Source: Burkholderiales bacterium (GTDB lineage: Bacteria; Pseudomonadota; Gammaproteobacteria; Burkholderiales; SG8-39). Taken from it: a DNA stretch of 64,000 nucleotides. Location of the stretch: positions 828-64,827 of the forward strand of contig JACZJT010000048.1 of the NCBI GenBank assembly GCA_014860445.1, in the 5' to 3' direction. Positions 21,893 through 32,448 of the stretch are shown one piece after another. The notes beneath the pieces were generated by a model. The model saw nothing but the letters and a program-made list of their open reading frames with translations, had not been told where the DNA came from and did not search any database. The position numbers and the translations under genes were made by a program. The stretch's first letter is position 1. Each line of letters opens with the position of its first letter.

Positions 21893-22855
21893 ATGAAAAA
21901 ATTATGGTTTGCATTTCTCGGTTTGATGGCGGTCGCACCGTTTGCGCTGGGTCAGGCAAAAGACTTTCCGAATCGCCCCGTCAAGGTGATAGTCATGACT
22001 ACGCCCGGGAGTACCGCGGACTCGACGGCACGGGTTATGGCGAAACAGCTTACGGAAATATTAGGCCAGCCGGTTGTCGTCGACAATCGGCCGGGTGCCG
22101 ATGGTGCAATCGGCATCAATACGGTTAAGAGTGCGCCTGCGGACGGTTACTCGATACTATTGGGCAGCAACTCCCCGCTGTCGGCGAATCCGATCGTGAA
22201 GAAGGATCTTCCCTATGATCCGCTCAAAGATCTGAAGCCGGTATTCGGGCTCTTCAAGGCTATGAACGCTTTCATTGTCGCGGGCGACTCGACGCTGAAT
22301 ACCTTGGCAGATCTCGTCGATGCCGCCAAGAAGAGCAAACAGGCACTGAACGTAGGCACCAGTTTCGCGGGATACCGCCTCGACGTTAAGTGGTTCTCCG
22401 GCCTTGCGGGCGTCAAGTTCAATGATATTCCCTACAAGGGGACCAGCCAGGTAGTCACCGATGTGATGGGGCATCAGCTCGATTTCGGCTACGTTGACCG
22501 ATCCCTCGTGAACCCGCTGCTGAAGTCCGGCAAACTTAAGGTGCTGGCGGTCGGGGGGGAAACGCGCTATCCGGGTTTCCCGGATACCCCGACAGTGAAG
22601 GAGAGTGGCTATCCGGAATTCTTGTCCTACGCATGGGTAGCCTTTTTCGTCCGCCAGGAGACGCCAAACGATGTGATGGAGAAGCTCGCGGACGCCGTGC
22701 AAAAGGCCGCGGCCTCTGGTGAGGTGAGGGCATTTGTTGAGAAGCTGGGTGCGGCACCGATGCCGCTCGGACCCGTGGAAATGCGGAAATACCATGTGTC
22801 GGAGATTGAAAGATACCGGCGCGTCGCCAGGGCGGCGGGCATCGAACCCAAATAG
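21893..22855 (+). CDS. Tripartite tricarboxylate transporter substrate-binding protein (TctC/Bug)
   Basis: Signal peptide, FPNRPVKVIV, DNRPGADG, IPYKG, PTVKESG. Confidence 0.92.
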   Translation: MKKLWFAFLGLMAVAPFALGQAKDFPNRPVKVIVMTTPGSTADSTARVMAKQLTEILGQPVVVDNRPGADGAIGINTVKSAPADGYSILLGSNSPLSANPIVKKDLPYDPLKDLKPVFGLFKAMNAFIVAGDSTLNTLADLVDAAKKSKQALNVGTSFAGYRLDVKWFSGLAGVKFNDIPYKGTSQVVTDVMGHQLDFGYVDRSLVNPLLKSGKLKVLAVGGETRYPGFPDTPTVKESGYPEFLSYAWVAFFVRQETPNDVMEKLADAVQKAAASGEVRAFVEKLGAAPMPLGPVEMRKYHVSEIERYRRVARAAGIEPK

Positions 22856-23038
22856 TCGTCAAAGAGGCTTGCGGCAGGGGATTATTGTGACTGGAGAACA
22901 TGACGCGGGCTTCATCAGAGGTGAGTCCATCGCCATCGCTGGCCGAAAATGGCCTCGAGGCGATGGCGGTCTTTCGACCTTCGATATGCGCGAGTGGTCA
23001 GGCGAAATTTGGAAGAATCCAGGCACTAAAGTCGAGAA

Positions 23039-25186
23039 ATGAGTGCCGCCAACCCAAGGCTTCCCACATCCGATGCTTATGTCATGAATAACACATTGAA
23101 TGCTCTGCTAACGCCAAAGTCGATAGTGTTAGTCGGCGCCTCAGCCGACATCAACAAGCTCAACGGGCGACCGCTGCATAATTTGTTAAGGGACGGCTAC
23201 GCCGGCCGATTGTACGCGGTCAACCCGAAATACCAGGATATTGCCGGGATTCCCTGTTACCCGGACCTGGATTCCTTGCCGGAGATACCGGAGCTCGGCG
23301 TCGTCGCGGTTGCGGCAGAGCGGGCGATTGGCGTGGTAGCCGAGTTGGGCAGGCGGGGTGTGAGGATCGCCATCGTGTTCAGCTCGGGTTTTGCCGAGGT
23401 CGGTCCAGAGGGACGAAGGCTGGAGCAGGAACTCGTTGCGACGGCACGTGCCCATAATATTCGCATCTGCGGTCCGAACAATCTCGGCCTGATCAACGCT
23501 TTCGAACGCATGCCCTTGACCTTCAGCCAGTACGCCGATCAACCCGCGGCACCTGGTCCGGTCGCTTTCGTGACTCAGTCCGGCGCTTTCGGAACAGCGG
23601 TCGCAACGCGCGCGCGCGCCCTCGGCATCGGCTTCGGCTATTTCGTTAGCACGGGCAATGAGGCCGATATCACTGCCGTCGAAGTACTCGACGAGATTCT
23701 CGGTGATCCGCGCGTGACCGTGACAGTTGTCTATTTGGAGGGAATGCGGGATGGAGCAAGACTCGCAGCCGTTGCGGACAAAGCCTTGTCCCTGGGAAAG
23801 CCGCTGGTCGTGATCAAGGTCGGACGTTTCGCGGCCGGCAAGCGCGCTGCGATATCCCACACCGGGTCGCTCGCAGGTGAGGATGCCGTGTTTGACGGGG
23901 TCATTCGCCAGCATGGCGTGATCCGCGCCTACGACGAGGTTCACGCGCTCGATCTTGCCGCTGCCTTTGCCGCTTGTCCGGTTCCTCCCGCGGGGGGCAT
24001 TGGTCTGATCACAATGTCCGGCGGCGCCGGTGTATTGATGTCCGATTGCGCCGAGGAACTGCGCCTCGAGGTGCCGGTGCTGTCGCCGCACACCCAGGCC
24101 AGCCTGAAGTCGATACTCCCTGCCTTTGCCGCTACTGGAAATCCGGTGGACGTGACCGCTCAAGGCGCTGTGGACATGAGCGTCTTTGGTCCGACTCTCA
24201 ATCTTGTCCTCGCGGATCCGAACATCGGGATCTGCATCGTATGGCTCCAGCATATGCACAGAGTGGCGGACGCAATGGTCAGTTTATTTGCCCAGACCAG
24301 GCGAGATGTCGCCAAGCCGTTCATCGTCTGCTGGCTGTATGCTCCTGAGGCCGCCGTCGCCAAGCTGCGCGAAGCGGGCGTTTGTGTCGTCGAGGGAACC
24401 CAGCGTAGCATCGACGCTGCAGCCGGGCTGATGGAATATGGCGAAGCTCGGCGACGTGCTATCGCGGGGGGCAGGACCGGGTTACCCCGTGGTTGGCAGC
24501 CCGCCGCTGCCCACTCTGACAAGAAATCTGAAGTTGTGCCATCGATCGAAGCCATGGGGTTATTGTCAGCATATGGATTCGGTATGGTGGCGTCCCGCCT
24601 CGCCGCAGACCCGAATCAGGCAGCGCAAAGCGCGGAGATACTGGGCTACCCTGTTGCGGTCAAGATCGAATCACCGGACCTGCCCCACAAGACCGAGGTC
24701 GGTGGAGTGAGACTAGGACTCACGAGCAAGGAAGAAGTGGCCGCAGCCGCGTCCGAAGTTCTCGCTGCGGCAAGACAGCATGCGCCGAACGCAGCGATCG
24801 CCGGTGTCCTAGTGCAGAAAATGGCAACTCCCGCCACTGAGATAGTTTTGGGGGTGCGGCGCGATCCTTCCTTCGGGCCAGTCCTGATGCTTGGTCTGGG
24901 CGGGGTCTTCATCGAAGTATTGAAGGACGTCGTCTTCGCGTCGGCGCCAGTCAGCGAGGCAGATGCCGCTTTCATGCTGCAGCGGCTGCGGGGCCGGGCG
25001 ATACTCGACGGCGTGCGTGGGCGTCCCGGCGTCGATCGAGCGTCGCTTACGAAGGCCATCTGCGCGCTATCGCAGTTTGCGCTCGACCATCCGGAAGTCG
25101 CGGAATTGGACCTCAACCCGGTATTTGCCGGACCGGATGGCGCCGTCGCCGTCGACTGGCTCATGACCCGGGATTCTTCCCGATGA
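23039..25186 (+). CDS. Acyl-CoA synthetase (NDP-forming) / acetate-CoA ligase family
   Basis: LVGAS, GPNNLG, TQSGA, SHTGSLAG, HKTEVGGV, ELDLNPV. Confidence 0.9.
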   Translation: MSAANPRLPTSDAYVMNNTLNALLTPKSIVLVGASADINKLNGRPLHNLLRDGYAGRLYAVNPKYQDIAGIPCYPDLDSLPEIPELGVVAVAAERAIGVVAELGRRGVRIAIVFSSGFAEVGPEGRRLEQELVATARAHNIRICGPNNLGLINAFERMPLTFSQYADQPAAPGPVAFVTQSGAFGTAVATRARALGIGFGYFVSTGNEADITAVEVLDEILGDPRVTVTVVYLEGMRDGARLAAVADKALSLGKPLVVIKVGRFAAGKRAAISHTGSLAGEDAVFDGVIRQHGVIRAYDEVHALDLAAAFAACPVPPAGGIGLITMSGGAGVLMSDCAEELRLEVPVLSPHTQASLKSILPAFAATGNPVDVTAQGAVDMSVFGPTLNLVLADPNIGICIVWLQHMHRVADAMVSLFAQTRRDVAKPFIVCWLYAPEAAVAKLREAGVCVVEGTQRSIDAAAGLMEYGEARRRAIAGGRTGLPRGWQPAAAHSDKKSEVVPSIEAMGLLSAYGFGMVASRLAADPNQAAQSAEILGYPVAVKIESPDLPHKTEVGGVRLGLTSKEEVAAAASEVLAAARQHAPNAAIAGVLVQKMATPATEIVLGVRRDPSFGPVLMLGLGGVFIEVLKDVVFASAPVSEADAAFMLQRLRGRAILDGVRGRPGVDRASLTKAICALSQFALDHPEVAELDLNPVFAGPDGAVAVDWLMTRDSSR

Positions 25187-25956
25187 AAGCGGATGAGAAT
25201 AAAGGCGTTGCCGGAAAATCCAGAGCCCGTAGCACACTGGTTCGCAGCCGTTTGATCGACGTCGCCGAGCGTTTGTTTGCCGAACACGGCATCGATTCCG
25301 TGTCCTTCAATCAAATAGCTCGAGCGGCGAACCAGCGCAATTCCACGGTCATCCAGTATCACTTCGGTTCCAAGACGGGGCTGCTCCAGGCCATTGCAGA
25401 ACGCAGGATGCAGGCGGTCAACGAGCGACGGCTGGAATTGCTCAGTCGGGTCGACGGCTCCGATCGGCTCGCCGATCTCGAGCGCGTGGCCGAGGCGATG
25501 GTATTACCCTTCGCCGAGCACTTGTCGCATGAGGGCGGCAGTTACTTCGTCCGTTTTGTGGCCCACCTCTACTCCGACCCGCGCATGGAGATGTTCGAGC
25601 TCATCAAAGGGAAACACGACAGCGGCATGCATGAAGCTGGCCGCCTTGCGCGCGAGATCATGGCAGAGATGCCCGGCGAAGCCGTCAGGCACCGGCTTGC
25701 CGTCGTTACTACGATGATCTTCTTCGCCTTCGCGGACCGAGAAAAACTGCGCGCTGCGGGAAAGCATATAGGTGTCGCGCGGCTACACACCGCTCACTTC
25801 GTGAACGATTTGATTGCGATGATCGTGGGTGCCCTGAATGCTCCCTATGGGGAGCGGAAACCGACGGACAAAGACGTTTCTAGCCCCTCCACCAACCAAG
25901 CGAGCACGCTTGTCACAACGGGGGACAGCCATAAGGTCACCGACAGCGTTGATTGA
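25183..25956 (+). CDS. TetR/AcrR family transcriptional regulator
   Basis: AERLFAEHGIDSVSFNQIARAANQRNSTVIQYHFGSK HTH. Confidence 0.9.
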   Translation: MKADENKGVAGKSRARSTLVRSRLIDVAERLFAEHGIDSVSFNQIARAANQRNSTVIQYHFGSKTGLLQAIAERRMQAVNERRLELLSRVDGSDRLADLERVAEAMVLPFAEHLSHEGGSYFVRFVAHLYSDPRMEMFELIKGKHDSGMHEAGRLAREIMAEMPGEAVRHRLAVVTTMIFFAFADREKLRAAGKHIGVARLHTAHFVNDLIAMIVGALNAPYGERKPTDKDVSSPSTNQASTLVTTGDSHKVTDSVD

Positions 25957-26042
25957 TAGCTTCGGGAAAAGCCGGGCAGGCGTGGCATAGAGTCAGGCCC
26001 CGCGGTTTGATGAACAATTCTTGACATCTGCTGGGAAGCACC

Positions 26043-27185
26043 ATGCGAGACATGACGATACACCCGTGTACCCTGGACGCAGACTGCGAAGCGCTACGCC
26101 TTGAAGTTCGCACCTGGCTTGACGGCATTCTGGCCGGGATGCCCCCAGAAAAACGGGCTGAGGGTTACATGAGCACAGATCCGGCCTTCAGCCGCGCGCT
26201 CGGGGAGCGTGGATGGATCGGCATGGCCTGGCCAAAACGATATGGCGGCGGAGAGCGCTCGATGCTCGAGCGCTATGTGGTGGTGGAAGAACTTCTCGCC
26301 GCCGGGGCGCCTTGCGGCGCGCACTGGGTGGCCGACCGGCAAAGCGGACCGCTGCTATTGCTCTATGGGCAGGAACAAATCAAACAGGCTCTGCTGCCGA
26401 GGATGGCACGCGGAGAATTATATTTTTGCATCGGCATGAGCGAGCCGAACTCGGGTTCGGACCTTGCATCGATCCGCAGCCGCGCCACCAAGAACCAAGA
26501 CGGCTGGCTGCTCAACGGCAGCAAGATCTGGACATCGGGCGCCCATCTGGCACAGTACATGATAGGTCTGTTTCGCACCGGACCTGTAAGCAGCAACCGG
26601 CATGCGGATCTGTCGCAGTTTCTCATAGACATGGCCACGCCGGGCATCTCGGTGCGACCGATCAAGGATCTTACCGGCGCCGACCACTTCAACGAAGTCT
26701 TCTTCGATAATGTGCGAATTCCTGCCGACCATCTCCTCGGTAATGAGGGTGACGGCTGGAACCAGGTCATGACCGAACTGGCGTTCGAGCGCAGTGGCCC
26801 GGAACGTTATTTGAGCTGTATTCAGTTGCTAATACAGATGATCGATTCGGCCGACCGCGACAACGAGCGCCATACCGTGGCGATCGGCAAGCTGGTGGCC
26901 GAAATGGCGACGCTGCGCCAGATGTCCCTCGGCATCGCAGGCATGCTCGCGCGCGGCGAGAACCCCGCGCTGCCCGCCGCAATCGTCAAAGACCAGGGCA
27001 CCCTGGTCGAGCAGAATCTACCCGAGATTGCACACGATCTGTTCGGCATCGACCTCAGCAGTCGCGGTGGCCCCATTGCATCAGTCATGAGCTACCTGGT
27101 GCAGGCTGCGCCGTCATTTTCGATCCGCGGCGGAACTCGCGCGATCGTGCGCGGAATCATTGCAAAAGGGCTGGGGCTGAGATGA
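26043..27185 (+). CDS. Acyl-CoA dehydrogenase family protein
   Basis: GMSEPNSGSDLAS, NGSKIWTS, FNEVFFD, SIRGGT. Confidence 0.92.
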   Translation: MRDMTIHPCTLDADCEALRLEVRTWLDGILAGMPPEKRAEGYMSTDPAFSRALGERGWIGMAWPKRYGGGERSMLERYVVVEELLAAGAPCGAHWVADRQSGPLLLLYGQEQIKQALLPRMARGELYFCIGMSEPNSGSDLASIRSRATKNQDGWLLNGSKIWTSGAHLAQYMIGLFRTGPVSSNRHADLSQFLIDMATPGISVRPIKDLTGADHFNEVFFDNVRIPADHLLGNEGDGWNQVMTELAFERSGPERYLSCIQLLIQMIDSADRDNERHTVAIGKLVAEMATLRQMSLGIAGMLARGENPALPAAIVKDQGTLVEQNLPEIAHDLFGIDLSSRGGPIASVMSYLVQAAPSFSIRGGTRAIVRGIIAKGLGLR

Positions 27186-28243
27186 GCAACGAAAGCGACA
27201 TGATCAGAGAGAGTGTGAACCGTATGTTTTCGCAGCGGGTCGACAGGCAGGTGTTGGATCAGCTCGAAGCAGGGGTGTGGCCGGGAGAATTGTGGCAGTT
27301 GGTCGAAGAAAGTGGGTTTTCCCAAGTGCTGTCGAACGAGTCTGTCGATGCCGCGGAAGGATGGCAGAACGCCTACCCGGTATTTCATGCCAGCGGTTTC
27401 TATCGCCTACCCTTGCCGCTTGCCGAGACCATCGTTGCCAACGCGCTTCTAGTCCTGGCCGGGTTTGCTCCCAGGAACGGGCCGATGACGTTGATTCAGC
27501 AGGATGGCCATCTGAATCTGCATGTCGAAGACAACGGCTTGGTACTGAACGGTGCCGTCGCCTCGATTCCCTGGGCACGGTTTGCAAAGCACATTGTCAT
27601 CGCAGGCCGAGTGGGAACGCAATTAGTATTGGGCCTGGTCGAAGCCACTTCGCAGGGTCTGCAGATTTCCCACGCCCAAAACATCGCCGGCGAGCCACGC
27701 GACCTGGTCAGTTTTAACGATACTCGCTGCACTGAGTACGCAGGATGGTGCGAAGGTCTGCCCGATACGCCCGTGACCTTGTTCTGTGCCCTCGCACGCG
27801 CGGCCATGATGGTGGGTGCCGCGCAATCGGTCCTGCAGCAGTCGGTCGAGTACGCCAATGATCGCGTGCAGTTCGGTAAGTCGATCGGAAAATACCAGGC
27901 GACCCAGCAATCGCTGGCAATCCTCGCGGGAGAAGTCGCCTGCGCACAAACAGCCACTATGGCCGCATGTCAGGCAGCCACTTCTGCGCTCTCGGTGTTC
28001 GATGTTGCCGTGGCCAAGATTCGGGCAGGACAGACTGCTGGTGTCGTCGCCAATATCGCCCACCAGGTTCACGGCGCATTTGGTTATACCCATGAACACA
28101 CGCTGCACTACGCTACGCGTCGTCTATGGTCCTGGCGCGCCGAATGCGGCGCCGAGTCGCTCTGGGCGGCGCAGCTCGGTCGTCAAGCCATCGAGCGCGG
28201 CGGCGATAAATTCTGGACAGCATTGGTCGCTCGCGCGTCGTAG
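27182..28243 (+). CDS. Acyl-CoA dehydrogenase family protein (partner subunit)
   Basis: RVQFGKSIGKYQA, HQVHGAFGYTHEH; overlaps the previous gene. Confidence 0.88.
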   Translation: MSNESDMIRESVNRMFSQRVDRQVLDQLEAGVWPGELWQLVEESGFSQVLSNESVDAAEGWQNAYPVFHASGFYRLPLPLAETIVANALLVLAGFAPRNGPMTLIQQDGHLNLHVEDNGLVLNGAVASIPWARFAKHIVIAGRVGTQLVLGLVEATSQGLQISHAQNIAGEPRDLVSFNDTRCTEYAGWCEGLPDTPVTLFCALARAAMMVGAAQSVLQQSVEYANDRVQFGKSIGKYQATQQSLAILAGEVACAQTATMAACQAATSALSVFDVAVAKIRAGQTAGVVANIAHQVHGAFGYTHEHTLHYATRRLWSWRAECGAESLWAAQLGRQAIERGGDKFWTALVARAS

Positions 28244-28339
28244 CTTACAACGGTCAGTGCTACCTGCGCATAGCCGGGAGCAAGAAACGCGATGCGTCCG
28301 CCGTCAGGTGGTAGTAACAGAAACTAGAGGGGAAATGCG

Positions 28340-29395
28340 ATGACAATTGAAATGCGTGCAGTCGATCACCCATCGGTTTGGCGCGGTCCCGACATGGCCG
28401 GCCGCGACGACTGGATCGTGCGGCTCGACGATGCCGATTGCGCGGAGCTCGATGCGGCACTGAGGCATGCTCGGACGCGCGGCATTGGCATACCAGCGCT
28501 TTCCAAAGAGAACTTTCCGATCCCGGGAATGGCGCGCAAGCTTGCCGGCGTGCTGGCCGAGATCGAGGACGGACGCGGCTTCGCATTGCTGCGCGGGCTG
28601 CCAGTCGAGCGTTACTCGAAAGCCGACGCCGCGCTCATCTATTGGGGCATAGGTGCGCATTTCGGTCCGGCCTTCGCGCAAAACGCACAGGGCGACATGC
28701 TGGGCCATGTGCGCGACCTCGGTGCCGACTGGCGCACCGACATGAAAGCGCGCGGCTATCAGACGCGGATGCACCTGCCGTTCCACAACGATTCGACCGA
28801 TGTGGTCGGTTTGTTGTGTCTGCGCAGTGCGAAATCTGGCGGCAGTTCGCTTATCGTCAGCTCGACCGCCGTGCACAATGAAGTGCTGGCGCGTCGCCCC
28901 GACCTCGCGCGCGTTCTCTACGAGCCTTTTTGCGTCGATCGTCGCGGCGAGGAAACACCGGGGCAGAAGCCATACTACATCACACCATGTTTCAATTGGT
29001 TCAAGGGCCGCATGTTGATCCGCTACAACCGCAACTTCATCGAGTCGGCGCAGCGTTTCGATGAAGTGCCGCGCCTGACGGCGCTGCAATTGGAGGCGTT
29101 CGACCTGCTGGATAAGTTATTCAACGACCCGGCCTTCTGTCTAGACATGCCCTTCGAACCCGGTGACATGCAATTCATCTGCAATTACGTGATCCTTCAT
29201 TCGCGCGGCGACTACGAGGATTATGCCGATCCAGAACTCAAACGCCATTTGCTGCGCCTCTGGCTGCGCACGCCCGGATTTAAGGAGCTGCCAGCGGCTT
29301 TTGCCGACCGCAATGCCGACATGTTGGAGTGGCAGAAGAGCCCCAAGGCACCCGTATTCGACGTGAGCGAGATCGTCGCCGAGCTTGCACATTGA
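28340..29395 (+). CDS. TauD/TfdA family Fe(II)/2-oxoglutarate dioxygenase
   Basis: FHND (HxD), ILHSR, RHLLRLWL. Confidence 0.88.
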   Translation: MTIEMRAVDHPSVWRGPDMAGRDDWIVRLDDADCAELDAALRHARTRGIGIPALSKENFPIPGMARKLAGVLAEIEDGRGFALLRGLPVERYSKADAALIYWGIGAHFGPAFAQNAQGDMLGHVRDLGADWRTDMKARGYQTRMHLPFHNDSTDVVGLLCLRSAKSGGSSLIVSSTAVHNEVLARRPDLARVLYEPFCVDRRGEETPGQKPYYITPCFNWFKGRMLIRYNRNFIESAQRFDEVPRLTALQLEAFDLLDKLFNDPAFCLDMPFEPGDMQFICNYVILHSRGDYEDYADPELKRHLLRLWLRTPGFKELPAAFADRNADMLEWQKSPKAPVFDVSEIVAELAH

Positions 29396-29971
29396 GGCGC
29401 TGCGCAATGGGAGGCGCAAGTGAACCTGGAGATTCGTACCCGGTTGCCTTGCACGCTAATTTCTAGTCGGAATCAAAAGCTACCTCAGCAGATCCATTCC
29501 ATCGCATAGGGAACCGCCGACGTCTTCTGTAACCGAACGCTCAAGTCGGCAAACCTGACCGACTCGATGCGCGCCGCGCAAAGGACCGGTTAGGCCGATC
29601 TTCCGTCATCGAGTAACGGTCCGTGAATGGCAGCTTCTGTCATAAACTGCCGCTCAGACGCCTGGAGTTTTCGCGTCACAAGTGACTCTTCCTGGCCGAA
29701 AGCGTGAGCCTACTACGACGCCCGTAAGCAGTCGTTCGCCCCTTCAGTCCCGAAAATATTGTCGTGGGTGTCGAATGCCGAGGCGCCGGATGGGCCCATG
29801 CAATCCATCTACTGCTGGAAGCTCAATATATTCATACCGGGGCGGTCCCGGCTTCCGTGGTGTGAGTTGGAACACCACTTCATCGAAGCGCCAGGACCGC
29901 TCCGTGTCCGGAATCTAAATTTAGAACCACGTGACAGGATTGGCGGCCATCAACGTCCTCGTTAAATGTAT

Positions 29972-31696
29972 TCAGTGAATCTCCGGATCCGGCGTTTCCG
30001 CGCCGGCCTCCAGGAAATCGAAATCGCAGCCTTCGTTCGCCTGGGTGATGTGCTGCGAGAACGCCGCACCGTAGCCGCGCTGGTAGCGCGGCGCAGGCGC
30101 TTTCCACGCGGCTTTGCGTTTGGCCAGTTCGGCGTCGCTGACTTTCAGATTCAGTTTTCGGCCAGGCACATCGAGTTCGATCAGATCGCCGTCCTGCACC
30201 AGCGCCAGCGGCCCGCCTATCCAGGACTCGGGTGCGATATGCAGTACGCAGGCGCCGTAGGAGGTGCCGCTCATGCGCGCATCGGATATGCGCACCATGT
30301 CGCGCACGCCTTCTTTCAGCAGCTTTTGCGGGATCGGCAGCTGGCCCCATTCGGGCATGCCCGGGCCGCCCAGCGGGCCGGCGTGCTTGAGCACGATCAC
30401 CGAATCCTTATCGATGGCCAGGTCCGGATCGTCGATGCGTGCCGCCATGTCGTTGTAGTCGGCGAACACGACGGCCTTGCCGGTGTGTCGGTGTAGATGC
30501 GCTTCGGCCGCGGGCGGCTTGATCACCGCACCGTCGGGGGCGAGGTTGCCGCGCAGCACCGCCAGGCTGTCTGATTTCACCAGGGCTTTGTCGACGGAGC
30601 GAATGATGTCCTCGTCGAACACTTTCGCGTCGGCGATGTTCTCTCCCATGCTTTTGCCGTTTGCGGTTGTCGCACCGGCCTTGATCAGGCCGCCCAGATT
30701 CTTCAGAACGGCGCGTAGTCCGCCGCCATAGTAGAAATCCTCCATCAGATATTTTCCAGATGGGCGGATGTTGGCCAGCAGCGGCGTTTTGCGCGCCAGC
30801 GCATCGAACAGATCCAGGTCGAGCATCACGCCGGCGCGGCGTGCGATCGCGATCAGGTGCACGATGGCATTGGTCGAGCCGCCGATTGCCAGCACCGCGG
30901 TGACTGCGTTATGGATGGCGTCGGCGTCGAGAATATCGCGCGGCTTGAGATCTTCCCACACCATATCGACGGCGCGCTTTCCCGTGAGCGTGGCCATCGC
31001 CGCGTGGCGCGAATCAGGCGCGGGAATCGAAGCGGCGCCGGGAAGGGTGAAGCCCATCGCTTCGGCGGCGCTGGTCATCGTCGAGGCCGTGCCCATGGTC
31101 ATGCAATGTCCGGGCGAGCGCGCGATGCCCTGCTCGATCTCCTGCCAGTCCTTTTCGCTGATGTTGCCGGCGCGCAGCTCCGCCCAGTATTTCCAGGTGT
31201 CCGAACCCGATCCCAGGGTCGCGCCGCCCCAGTTGCCTCGCAGCATCGGACCGGCGGGCATGAAGATCGCCGGCAGGTTCATGCTGATCGCGCCCATCAA
31301 CAGCGCCGGCGTGGTCTTGTCGCATCCGCCCATGAGCACCGCGCCGTCGGCGGGATAGGAGCGCAGCAGTTCTTCCGTCTCCATGGCAAGGAAGTTGCGG
31401 TACATCATGGTCGTCGGTTTCTGGAACGGTTCGGACAGCGACATTGCAGGCATTTCGACCGGGAAGCCGCCCGCCTGCCACACACCGCGCTTCACTTCCT
31501 CGACGCGCTGCTTGAAATGGGTATGACAGGGATTGATATCGCTCCAGGTGTTGATGATCGCAATCACCGGCTTGCCGGCGTAGTCGCTGCGGTCATAGCC
31601 CATCTGCGCCGTGCGCGAACGGTGGCCGAAGGCGCGCATGTCGCGGGCGCCGTACCAGCGGTGGCTGCGCAGCTGTTCCGGGGTTTTCTTTTTCAC
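29972..31696 (-). CDS. IlvD/Edd family sugar-acid dehydratase (L-arabinonate dehydratase-like)
   Basis: [32 protein letters not shown]-terminal PEIH; GTG start overlaps the otsB stop. Confidence 0.88.
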   Translation of the reverse strand: MKKKTPEQLRSHRWYGARDMRAFGHRSRTAQMGYDRSDYAGKPVIAIINTWSDINPCHTHFKQRVEEVKRGVWQAGGFPVEMPAMSLSEPFQKPTTMMYRNFLAMETEELLRSYPADGAVLMGGCDKTTPALLMGAISMNLPAIFMPAGPMLRGNWGGATLGSGSDTWKYWAELRAGNISEKDWQEIEQGIARSPGHCMTMGTASTMTSAAEAMGFTLPGAASIPAPDSRHAAMATLTGKRAVDMVWEDLKPRDILDADAIHNAVTAVLAIGGSTNAIVHLIAIARRAGVMLDLDLFDALARKTPLLANIRPSGKYLMEDFYYGGGLRAVLKNLGGLIKAGATTANGKSMGENIADAKVFDEDIIRSVDKALVKSDSLAVLRGNLAPDGAVIKPPAAEAHLHRHTGKAVVFADYNDMAARIDDPDLAIDKDSVIVLKHAGPLGGPGMPEWGQLPIPQKLLKEGVRDMVRISDARMSGTSYGACVLHIAPESWIGGPLALVQDGDLIELDVPGRKLNLKVSDAELAKRKAAWKAPAPRYQRGYGAAFSQHITQANEGCDFDFLEAGAETPDPEIH

Positions 31697-32448
31697 GTTG
31701 GTTTCCTTTTGGTCAAAACGTCTGCCAGCCATCGTCGCACCGCAGCCACGTCGGGCAGGCGGTAGCGCGCGCAACTCGCGCCTTTGCCGACTTTAATGGA
31801 AATGCCGTCCCGCTTGTTCACCGCGGCGAAGCCGTGCTCGTCGTTGCGGTCGTCGCCGATGAACACCGGGCGCCTGCCTTTGAACGGTGGCTCCGTCAGA
31901 TAGGCCGTGATCGCAGCGCCCTTGTCCATGCCCGCCGGTTTGATTTCCGCCACGCACCTGCCGCGCTGCACTTCGAGCCCGGCGTCGGCGTCGGCCGCCA
32001 GCCGCGCCATGAGCCGATGCGCGTAGGATGCCAAGCGTGGCGCGAGGCGGTAATGCAGCGCCAGCGTCAATCCCTTGTCCTCGAGCAGCAGTCCGGGATG
32101 GCGCGCGAGTATCGGCGCCAGCGCCGCCTTGATCGCGGTCTTCGCTGCCGCAGGCGCCGCGTGGGTCCACAATCGACCTTCAGCAGTGCGGCGCTCCAGC
32201 CCGTGCTGGCCGGCCATGGGCAGGTTCAACTTTCCGAGGCGCTGATCGAGAAACGCCAGCCCGCGCCCGCTGACCAGCGCCACCGCGCCGCTCTCCTGCT
32301 GCAGGCGTGCGATCAGTTCAAGCAGCGCGGCGTCGATGTGGACTGCGTCCGGCGTGTCGGCGATGTCGATCAGGGTTCCATCGACATCCAGAAAATAGGC
32401 CCACTCGAGACTGGGTGCCGGAGGAACTCCGGCGCGCACGCTGCTCAC
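31693..32448 (-). CDS. otsB: Trehalose-6-phosphate phosphatase
   Basis: [26 protein letters not shown] motifs; next to otsA. Confidence 0.92.
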   Translation of the reverse strand: MSSVRAGVPPAPSLEWAYFLDVDGTLIDIADTPDAVHIDAALLELIARLQQESGAVALVSGRGLAFLDQRLGKLNLPMAGQHGLERRTAEGRLWTHAAPAAAKTAIKAALAPILARHPGLLLEDKGLTLALHYRLAPRLASYAHRLMARLAADADAGLEVQRGRCVAEIKPAGMDKGAAITAYLTEPPFKGRRPVFIGDDRNDEHGFAAVNKRDGISIKVGKGASCARYRLPDVAAVRRWLADVLTKRKPT

